This document shows, in pieces, positions 29,801 through 32,710 of a stretch of DNA of 61,014 bases. The stretch covers positions 1 to 61,014 of the forward strand of contig JALWUI010000112.1 of the NCBI GenBank assembly GCA_027082775.1, in the 5' to 3' direction. The notes under the pieces were generated by a model. That model was not told the DNA's origin. It saw only the letters and a list, made by a program, of their open reading frames with translations, and made no database searches. Numbering within the stretch: position 1 is the stretch's first letter; every line of letters starts with the position of its first letter. This DNA comes from Candidatus Kapaibacterium sp. Lineage in GTDB: Bacteria; Bacteroidota; Ignavibacteria; Kapaibacteriales; WFXC01. Made by a program: the position numbers and the translations under genes.

Positions 29801-30527
29801 ACTTCAACACGCCGGAAGCCAGAACCTGGAATTGGTCGGGGCTATTAACCTGGATATCCATATTCAGCGTTAACTCTCCCCCGCCTGCTACAATGACATC
29901 CACACCTGAGCCACCATTCCCTACTGTCAGCGTTCCTGTAGAAACCAGGGTTACCTGGGCACCCACATTGATAAGCAACTTTCCAATAGTTGTCGTTGGG
30001 ACATTGGTCACCGTAACAGGAGCACCTGCCGGGAACAATGCTCCTTCTGACACATTATCGGGCACATTCCCACCCTGCCAGTTTGCAGGATCGGTCCAGC
30101 TCTTTGTACCTCCCCCACCAATCCACTGAATCATCGTTTGGGCATACCCCTCCTGTGGATACAACAGCACGCCCACAAGACAGGCTACCGTGGCAACTCT
30201 CCCGATAATCCGGAAATCAACAGCATCTGCGGCACGATCAACGACTTGCCATACCTGGACCACGATTCTCAGCAATTGTGCCCATAGTCGTTGCAATACG
30301 GTCATCTTACCCTGTACTCCCTTTGTTTCTATTTCTGTATTTTTTTTCGAGGTTCTGGAATGGACAGTCCACTGGCTCCGGAATGGGGTTGTGTGCAGCA
30401 CGGATTGGTTTCGACTGGAAGGTTGCTCAGGTCGAAATGCTAATTGATTTGATACAGAAGCCGTATCAATTCCCATAACCCCATCCTTCACCGTTTGTTC
30501 GACTTGTCTGCTGTTGCATCCTGCCAC
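11814..30527 (-). CDS. giant (up to 6237 aa) secreted adhesin-like protein: beta-helix-like N-terminal region, more than 40 Ig-like domains, dockerin-like C-terminal module; true start probably ATG 30305
   Basis: A single uninterrupted 18.7-kb ORF. Met75 (ATG 30303-30305) is preceded by an A-rich leader and followed by MTVLQRLWAQLLRIVVQVWQVVDRAADAVDFRIIGRVATVACLVGVLLYPQEGYAQ. G/T/N-rich passenger-like repeats run to about nt 26640. After that come arrays of ~100-120-aa Ig-like domains (..QDQYGN...V.LS....G.L.G....A.NGVATF..L...KAGTYTL.A). The last 217 aa (11817-12467) carry VDWVVVELRD...HRNHL...TDVTLDGIVNAADRI. No T9SS CTD pattern at the C-terminus. Confidence 0.9.
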   Translation of the reverse strand: MAGCNSRQVEQTVKDGVMGIDTASVSNQLAFRPEQPSSRNQSVLHTTPFRSQWTVHSRTSKKNTEIETKGVQGKMTVLQRLWAQLLRIVVQVWQVVDRAADAVDFRIIGRVATVACLVGVLLYPQEGYAQTMIQWIGGGGTKSWTDPANWQGGNVPDNVSEGALFPAGAPVTVTNVPTTTIGKLLINVGAQVTLVSTGTLTVGNGGSGVDVIVAGGGELTLNMDIQVNSPDQFQVLASGVLKFAGAKQVTGTGTFILDPGGHLYISATQVTGAAGNINTNTITLASDGHYYFTGTGQNTSGLPATIQGSMTVQSGSDVTLATSYNVNGGIIHVYGTIIFDASNIFSGAGGTFNLYSGATLKTANPQGISSSSNTGSVQTGARNFNGAAHYVYNGASGQISGDGLPTAISGSLTVDVPGNWQLTTSPTITGSFVVTNASAVVDVDDETLTLSGTVVITSGSQFTASTPGAGTIILNGSGAVNGQFDFVSGSILKTFELDRNVNITASNLAIGTSGTLSLKQGTLAIGSPLTLYGTTLTCSAGGKLRGSASAWIEVLQGAAGDVYLNFDAGYQTLHHITVNRPGQTVYLCSDLTLVSSATQFVAGTFDLNGNHLTIQNSGGIFSFDVANADFAGSASSDLTIAVSGTSGSTSIDFAAAAATIGTLTLNLNGGTGSLTVTGAALSVTNCTVTANSFTFGLGDGFQMTLYNTWTIWDNAQIATNASQITYGPTSTLWYAGSTQRTSTPELENAATNAPYNFFVSNSGGVVLTADLTGAKDIDGSFTVSAGYLDLNSYDLTLNGPITLSVAQPFMGDPASDLTIAGNASISGTFAFQGDQNLGNFTMNRTGEIATVATVTVNGTLLNAAGTVHIAPNHALTVATGGTITNTGGNYKGSETSSLHIYAATISGDFNFTGQHLLNLTVSSASQIVTVNTLTLATSGTLTLNDGTLRMKETLHVYGTIVTAGTGAFGGAAGVTTSTLIFYGTNGSVTFGFDPALNNLGAFEIRDHFSANSTVSLTNAVNIHTRAVVEESGGTITLNNANNLNFQNNTDFYIINDPTINGTPTYGSGVDLWYQGTAAHTTGGEWGADPNGNVYVANSGGVTLGGNVTLASGTVYVTSGSANLDLNNNNLELGAGGTLAETTGSVVVNTGGNTTATVHATSLTINATLDTPGPAGLGIDFGNSALVGPIEVDLIPVSTTLSVSPLTTSIVRIYKVSTGQSGIVEKVRISYLSDHLNSLDPTTLVFYTSSDGINWTERHSIDLVRGSSGAYNYVEGTLTGLFASPMYFTLGTPGPAHSLAYSVTSATAIEGFNGGVTTGIVSGQPVTVTVGTFSLGGNLVATNATTTLTFSYSGPEASNFRFKVGSSLQATQDVTLYAGAASTTNSIIIEYIGTSAQATTVTVVVSNPSLVATSITIQVTPTPARHLAFSTTASTATNGFNGGNLTVNENSPVSVTIGTFSAEGYLRSTNADVTITLTSSDPAVTLRANGGVFGSSTTMTIVANTFSSTANIEFDYTGVAPSVVITLTASAAGNVLTATSINVTVVGKPASIIAYSTTSTTGTDGVPSGTVNSGVAFTVTNGTFSVDGNLRETTANLTVNYSVTGPFMIYAGAVGTIYANTAVTNHSITVIYTGTGTAAVATTLTATAPAIGSTTQATITVQPDPAVRLAYSTTSSTGINGFNGGSLSANEGVAFPVTVGSWSAFGHLRATTANTTVNLTVDVAGVSIVPNTIALNAGATHTTGNFTLNYSGAENDPFNVIVTAASVNYPYSTNVTVNFNPKEPTKLAFSVDNGNTSATSGFNGGNLTVTEGTPVPVTVSSFSPDDWFRETSGTVNVTISVNAGVQVRQSGGVWGSSTTAQLAINTYQVSSNLEFRYFGTPANTVATVTASAPGYPVSTTISITITGPAVRLAYSSTSSFGTDGFDTYPNPIMEDQPFTVTTGSFSMFGELRSTTADAVIAFTYGPSAAISAGFSATPASTTLTAGNNYVEATMTFGYTGPATMGTVTVTASSVGNYPYSTTLTVPFYAKPATNLAWDDTSPNERDGLPATAISGTPFTITAATFSPDADLRATSANTVINITSSYPGVTVSPNSFVFQKDDPDAITTLSVTLTYTESASTTVTLTLSGTGLASTQATITVYSYPSKLKVASVTPATIYNRQTFNVNVISVNSADVQVPVPVNTNIELSWNHPALTKFSGSTVATIAANTSAATITVALDNAWNTDVTTTFTVSTTSGHSLSSTTTTITIKAAPIKLAFTSITTQVIRNQAFSFDFETWNSANLKTGVTAATVVGVTSNTGVTIVGTTLANLAIGNSSGTISNIKLTYVGNTSTVATLTLAVQSGPVLAITSVNITVLPYDPNALANGVARYGFKTASPPVTNATAGAVLTRNGVDPVAVQCLDTFGNVILSYNGDVYITIGSDGSACPGDPNTVLKDYSTTATGTIIKSAVNGVATFATLHIDVGDIDGVPYTLYAYHPSNLIAPTTSTQFLIFSSTATAIAFWSQPPASTSAGLVFSGMKATCATGATIENTGTNLVVQLVDQYGNPTSGVTTVVQLSIYSQSATPGNPDNVPGYFVTTGTLTTSTLSVIMDAGSGRATFANVRIDRAGIYRLKADAGLTYGSAISNAFEITPTTASTLRFVSQPTTSAIGNVVQGTNASYGNVVAVEALDQWGNRVTNQNIVVNLTTTAALTFVNNSVGTGTSGIAIFNTMRIINGAPGTYQLKATSGSTTLLTGFAVYSDPFILEGAADRLAFSTTSPTGIDGFNGGNTTVTGQVPFPVNFGLFNNAGTLTATTANTTVALSLTITDPGLSLYGIGGPGSTTATVVAQYTATGTTQATISWTGSTNTTATLTLSVISAGTALQSTSVTLTIKPNKPADRLAFSTSAVGTVNPYDQSGVKASTPQISRKPFMVYFQTLNPDLYPTATTATGTQVQFSVVGSGGNPVPGLTLLSPTSPITLSNANTLYSTAVTIAWDPSVCNQNTTATLILSVSSGGSLLETRATITLKPFHSVATQLDFIQDPNNITAGGNLGTVKVAVKDAYGNIRCDFVGTVNISVVTSSSLLAPCNDGILSGTLSQPVVNGVATFNDLSMTRAGTYYLRAEDNAAVLTPATSALFTVSPASAVKLAFYSQPPSVTTAGYVFSNMEARCTNNNALIENTGTNLVVQFQDQYGNLNPTVNGNVTLSINTYTPNVAGLYSSSGTISTVLSQGGIATFANVRLLKAGIYTLRASVGGLISDAISNSFTVVPDVPDHLSFIQQPTDNYCEGVFSPAPVVAVWDQWDNRATNANITEIYMYSTTPSMTILPPTTASFNTGDATGTFTNLRVNAPWGYYQLEARITNPSLFVTSASFLLSTSPIVSAASFTVQPTTSCTGGAMAPFEVTLYDNCTNVSTTNGSVYAFASGGALLNGSSQISVNAVNGVAVFSGVTFTAPLAGYYTITATHANILGATISTTSNAFLIDVDHIAYTSTPPSSCTIDNLVFEVSFYDACNNPLASTGTVYITITGAGGYGPTVFSGSTVASVNAKVNVSLSATTSGWYTAVATFANVVGTVLTTTATFYINVEQIAYNPAPSTSCVGPATLNFGVDFLDACGMPINTSGTVTVTTVGPSYSNTQTFGVTATNHLSAGLSFSGVTAGTYTATATYPDLFGNVLSTSASFTIDVDHVAISAGPAGCPNGTCGTATLNFTVDVFDFCNNPIVTTSDVQIQIMGPGYSQIFTIPGGISNATRGTVSVAFSTSTAGTYTAYAAVQNLSGMWISSPAWTFVVDVQSIAYGDVPSSSCTVSSLNFDVNFYDGCNSPIETTGSVTLAITGPGYSQTVVHPFVSVTTTTVPVSFSGSTSGIYTAVANFSNSCGTPFTTTTTFYVNVESIAFNPAPSTTCVGMPTTLPFTVDFKDYCGNPINTTGTLQVQITGPSYNDVQVFTVNNESSHSDNFNFGGMTAGTYTVTATYVDLFGNNLTTTSSFIVDAVSLDPSITAVTTSCGYQLPNFTVTFRDACGNAVGTNGTVTLVTPAGVTLVPNSTDANIHTGIANFNNVTVYGPVGTYTVTAQAVSVTGATIVGTFTLTITPGDPYALKFQTQPGDGEAGNLSVGGQLSVLPVVQVIDQCGNDVSVAGATISLSLNPVSGVLHTDPALPVFSDANGEATWTGMAVEKVGTYTLTASGTYGTTLLQSTTSTAFVITHTDAYKVAFVVQPPTTIGSMSVMSPDPVVEVQDFFGNRVTTGIYASTTVTISLQGGTPGATLYTNHPGNQVTTVDGQATVTGVRVDKVGTGYWLVASASPLQPGNSDAFDVVVGPPAKLAFRAPYDATPQTFTGGQTFSPDIEVEVQDLGGNLVTTATHSITLSIASGPAGGTLTVAANPVNAVGGVATFAGVSLDKVGTYKLQVDAAGLAPATTANINIVTGPPVGLAFNTIPDGVAGEQYGTFPHPPIEVRIVDAGGNTVSTAASWITVDIWQFIPNLFSASGTPQPFTGTDTKYTASGVAQFNLTFYTAGQYILRATSATYGSTTSNVFTINPADADPTTSTVSATNTSIQVGDSEPLVITFRDPYGNLTTTGGPINVSLTGFGIILPGTSVSPAGSTTQTITPGYIAGTDLAGQPSSTATICVVGGSSCVVFTVYPGDASGPQSTIVADGSTSLIVGTATTATVYFRDQFGNPTTTGNLDLTLAGFGSVVPDPVAPTMPMAWPTMATVTYTAGTNLGGNLSSIAIVGILGGPSIVYTVYPDDADPTTSTIVADGSTSIKAGESTTATVYFRDQYGNATTTGSITLDLASFGSFAPNPVSPTAGATKATVTYTAGTNLAGNQSSTATLFIVGNIGQPNHQVVFTVYPNDADPAQSFITADGSTSIIVGTATTATVWFYDQYGNPTTTGSLNLDLFGFGSVAPNPVTPNMPMAWPTTATVTYTAGTDLAGNTSSTATVGISGGSSSVTFTIYPDVASQNTSTIAASTTDVVVGTSVDLTISFFDQYGNPSTSGNINLSIAPAGYGTLSVNPVPAAGNTQATIQYTAPNVRVNPTVTIALDPNGGQPGASVTLNIRADFPTTTASFVTATPNILVADGVSSSTLKLTLIDQYGNQLNDGDVTYHGLNTSRVQIIRSGGPAPGTLGSTVYNGDGTFGNTFVAGTVAGSYVVIGATIDGTSIIPANHAYITLIPGPASPTTSTVSPSAVTLVADGASTTAIIVTLYDDFGNQLNTGGDNVEIFIASGLGTLDDGTPGATAGVSTTASYIGNGQYRAVYTAPTSTGATIVRARVNGSLITTLGASTCTITNIAGPASTATSVVSGAPATLVVGTQTGDITIQMFDKFGNPTTNGTVTVQIVQGGGSLQPTSTGFTGSGSVITMTGVTTGTFRYTGGTNASIDAIIHVTLPAGHVQNSPITIDLIPDVADHTTSTVTGMPATVVVGQTTPPITITMRDRFGNLTTNGTVTISQIGGDGTLSITTFTGGVSASTTFTYTAGTNATLDPTINVQIGGNDIVGSPFTIDQIPDVADPAKSTVTGMPSTVVVGQTTPPITVTMRDQYGNITDNGTVTISQVGGDGTLSPTTIVGVSPATFTYTAGTDAAKDPTVSVQIGGTHIVGSPFFIDQIPDVPAQLRFIQNPTDTRSGDQFSPTVTVEVLDQYGNRNTTDVVTVNLSSSGSSFLTGNTSVNSVLGIATFTGVGICGTAGAGYTLTATSAGLTATTSTLFSILIGDPVGLVFTTQPGQVGPNIAGQPIVQQPVVSIVDCGGNTVPTTAIVKLEINTAPDPGLVGQLVSITTAVNGVASFSGVSFTKAGTYTLRAQTVGTPILPAVVSDPFVVTNASASQLAFSVNPPTETSATSTFDVEVQVQDQYGNLVPNYTTTVTLSLTAISGTGVLSADYTVTTGTGTIPFTNVNVNRPGQYYLEAAATGLNPGISTVFDVVPGPAVAAQSTITPTTATVPVGGFTTDFVVVKRDANGNLTTVGTVSVNVQTDNSGGGSTTVIDNGTTAIIRYTSGNNAGTDVYQFYAHITSPADDSDIADLVSITQTPAVPVVANVKAVLEGPFDQSSGALMHNLLNQYGFLPTTDPYGLGESVVIVPNNAVDWVVVELRDKNSKTTTVAQRAAFITTTGTITDLDGSSQVAFSSITADDYYIVIKHRNHLWIMSSSATTLNTGSSTLYDFTVSQSKAYSQSQLPMVGLPRLAPSVYGMVAGDAASTFGIINAADRVAVRNASGQTGYLVTDVTLDGIVNAADRIVPRNNAFRVTQVP
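13742..14700. repeat. about 300-350-nt periodic domain array inside the giant gene
   Basis: Domain boundaries encoding ..IDQIPDV../..IDLIPDV.. recur near 13742, 14040 and 14350, with a related boundary near 14700. Confidence 0.6.
15691..16942. repeat. 309-318-nt periodic domain array inside the giant gene
   Basis: Boundaries encoding V(F/Y)T(V/I)(Y/N)P.DA(D/S)P start at 15691, 16000, 16318, 16633 and 16942 (plus-strand GGATC(A/G)GCATC...GGATAGAC). Confidence 0.7.
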
Positions 30528-30547
30528 TCTTTTCTAATCCGAAGTTG

Positions 30548-30579
30548 CAAATTTATAACAAAAGTCGCAGATAACAAAA
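30548..30579 (-). promoter_or_regulatory. candidate Bacteroidota-type promoter (TTTG-N19-TAAATTTG) of the giant gene
   Basis: The minus strand reads TTTTG (30579-30575), 19 nt, then TAAATTTG (30555-30548), matching the -33 TTTG / -7 TAnnTTTG consensus. A second TAAATTTG box lies at 30755-30762 (minus). Confidence 0.4.
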
Positions 30580-30884
30580 CATTACTTTCGCTTCTCCAGC
30601 TTTCCGCTGTTTCTGCTGGAAGCGCTGCTCAAAATATGCAAAAGTTATACCACAGGCTCCGAAAAGAACCAACTTTCTCAATGCTTTTGCCTTTGGTGTG
30701 CAGTGCTGATGGGGATTTGTTTCTGCTCAGGCTGCTGCCGACCTGAGCGAAAAGCAAATTTACAGTTTTTTTGCCAAATATCCAATACCCAACAATTTGC
30801 GCAATCGTCACTGCTATTTTCCAGTTTTCCAAAGTTACGCATTCTTCCGCAAATATCCAAAACTTTTTCTCTGGCTCGCCGCCA

Positions 30885-32096
30885 TTATGATTCTGTTGCG
30901 GGTACCAGATGCATTTCCTTCGCTACGGCTTCGAATGCTTCAATAATAGCATCCAGATGTTCCTTTTCGTGGGTCGCCATATAACTGGTTCGCAACATAC
31001 TCATATTCGGTGGCACACCCGGTGGAATAAAGGCATTGACAAAAACACCGTGATCAAACAGCTTTCTCCACATTACCAAGGTTTTTTCAACATCCCCAAT
31101 AATGACCGGCACAATCGCCGTTGGATAGTCCAGGGTGCGGAGGCCGATCGCTTTCAATCCCTGCCGAACATACTCCGCATTGGAACGCAATTTTTCTACC
31201 AACTCTGGATGTTGTTCTAAGATGTCCAGAGCCGCCAAAGCTGCGGCGACACTTGGAGGCGTAGGACTGGCGCTAAAAATCAACGCTGGAGAATGGTGCT
31301 TCAAGTAGTTGATCACCCGTTCTGGTCCACAGACAAATCCTCCCAGCGACGCAAAGGTTTTGGAAAAAGTCCCCATTGTCATATCTACCTGCTCACTGGT
31401 CAATCCAAAATGGCTGGCGGTACCTCGTCCCCCCTCACCAATGACTCCCACGGCGTGGGCATCATCCACCAGAATGCGCGCCCCATATTTTTTGGTCACT
31501 TCCAGAATTTCCGGCAATGCCACAATTTCTCCCGTGACAGAAAACACGCCATCCGTAACGACCAGCTTACCAGCATTGTCAGGAATCCGTGACAACACTT
31601 TTTCCAGATCTTCCGGATCGTTGTGTTTATAACGGACAAACTCTGCAAATCCCCCTTTTGCCAGCATACACCCGTTAATAATACTGGCGTGGTTTTCTTT
31701 ATCGGAAATCACATAGTCTCCTTTTTGCACCAATCCCGAAATTGTGCCTAAGGACGTCTGATAGCCTGTGCTAAAGAGCAGCACCGCTTCATATCCCATA
31801 AACTTTGCTAACCGCTCCTCCAATTCCACGTGTAGATCGATTGTTCCGGTCAAATACCGCGATCCAGTGCAACTGGTACCATACTTTTTGATTGCCTCGA
31901 TGGCTTTCTCCTGCACATACGGATGGGTCGTCAATCCCAGATAGTTATTCGATCCTGCCATAACGACCTTGCGTCCTTCCATCTGGACGACTGGTCCTTC
32001 ATTACCCTGAACAACGTGAAAGTATGGATAGAGCCCAATGGCTTTTACTTCATCTGCCCGGCGAAACGCGTAACATTTTTCAAACAAATCTGCCAC
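30885..32096 (-). CDS. PLP-dependent alpha-oxoamine synthase, serine palmitoyltransferase-like
   Basis: 403 aa. Motifs LYPYF...[32 protein letters not shown], and the PLP lysine motif [13 protein letters not shown] (Spt-type GTFSKS rather than the Kbl/BioF-type GTLGK/GTLSK). Confidence 0.85.
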   Translation of the reverse strand: MADLFEKCYAFRRADEVKAIGLYPYFHVVQGNEGPVVQMEGRKVVMAGSNNYLGLTTHPYVQEKAIEAIKKYGTSCTGSRYLTGTIDLHVELEERLAKFMGYEAVLLFSTGYQTSLGTISGLVQKGDYVISDKENHASIINGCMLAKGGFAEFVRYKHNDPEDLEKVLSRIPDNAGKLVVTDGVFSVTGEIVALPEILEVTKKYGARILVDDAHAVGVIGEGGRGTASHFGLTSEQVDMTMGTFSKTFASLGGFVCGPERVINYLKHHSPALIFSASPTPPSVAAALAALDILEQHPELVEKLRSNAEYVRQGLKAIGLRTLDYPTAIVPVIIGDVEKTLVMWRKLFDHGVFVNAFIPPGVPPNMSMLRTSYMATHEKEHLDAIIEAFEAVAKEMHLVPATES

Positions 32097-32267
32097 GTCT
32101 CTTCCTTTCTGATTTGTTTCTACGTTCTTTCAGTTGGCAAATATACGAGAATTTTTGAGAACACCATCGCTTTACAGCAGTACCTGTTGTAAGCATCCAT
32201 CTGACAAGATTAATTTCGGCAAGACAATCCTTCAAGTTGCCCAGAGCAAAACAGCGGGGTATTTTCC

Positions 32268-32340
32268 TACGCGCATCTTTGCCGACTGAAGCCGGCGCTT
32301 CCAGTATGGAGCCAGTGAAAGTCGGCGCTCCCAGCAAAAC
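32268..32340. repeat. two REP-like hairpin units of the same family as 2331-2583 and 40163-40352
   Basis: TTTGCCGACTGAAGCCGGCGCTTCCAGTATGG followed by GCCAGTGAAAGTCGGCGCTCCCAGCAAAAC. Confidence 0.75.
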
Positions 32341-32460
32341 GCTTTCAGCAGCTACCAGTTTAAATCGGCATCCGCTTACCGGACATCCCGCTGAGCTTTC
32401 AGCACACGGTTACACAATACCCTGCCAAAGTTTTACGTCACAACCATCTGTCTTTATCAG

Positions 32461-32532
32461 GCGGGAGTAGCTCAGTGGTAGAGCACAACCTTGCCAAGGT
32501 TGGGGTCGCGGGTTCGAGTCCCGTCTCCCGCT
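32461..32532 (+). tRNA. tRNA-Gly (anticodon GCC)
   Basis: Hand-folded cloverleaf: acceptor GCGGGAG/CTCCCGC, D arm GCTC-AGTGGTA-GAGC, anticodon arm CAACC-TTGCCAA-GGTTG, T arm GCGGG-TTCGAGT-CCCGT, discriminator T. Confidence 0.93.
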
Positions 32533-32544
32533 CTTCTCAGTGAT

Positions 32545-32619
32545 GGGCACTTAGCTCAGTTGGTCCAGAGCGCCCGCCTCACACGCGGGAGGTCGGTGGT
32601 TCGAATCCACTAGTGCCCA
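32545..32619 (+). tRNA. tRNA-Val (anticodon CAC)
   Basis: Acceptor GGGCACT/AGTGCCC, D arm GCTC..GAGC, anticodon arm CCCGC-CTCACAC-GCGGG, T arm GGTGG-TTCGAAT-CCACT, discriminator A. Confidence 0.93.
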
Positions 32620-32677
32620 CAACCTCCAGAATGTTCTCCACCTCCTGCCACTATGTCTCTCTTTTTCCTGTGCGCTG

Positions 32678-32685
32678 TAAATTTG
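32678..32685 (+). promoter_or_regulatory. candidate -7 box TAAATTTG upstream of glyQS
   Basis: Exact TAnnTTTG match 25 nt upstream of ATG 32711. No good -33 TTTG at the canonical spacing. Confidence 0.3.
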
Positions 32686-32710
32686 CAAAACGATTTGTTG
32701 AACGGAAGGG

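Noticed and set aside
3273-29873. Many long + strand ORFs inside the two giant minus-strand genes, for example 4365-5363 (332 aa), 5403-6689 (428 aa), 13353-14165, 14808-15677, 16038-16778 and 18720-19508.
   Set aside because: They are antisense shadows of the giant genes. Their translations are Arg/Cys/His/Ile-rich and low in complexity, with no motifs. They exist because the repetitive Thr/Gly/Val/Ala-rich sense codons rarely create antisense stops, and the minus-strand frame is continuous with clear domain structure.
30585-30884. Small ORFs (30495-30746, 30629-30832, 30678-30860, 30703-30984) and a hairpin GCTCAGG-N10-CCTGAGC (about 30726-30749) between the SPT-like gene and the giant gene.
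   Set aside because: The ORFs overlap one another in a promoter-rich spacer and have no coding features. The hairpin lacks a U-tract on either strand, so I did not call it a terminator.
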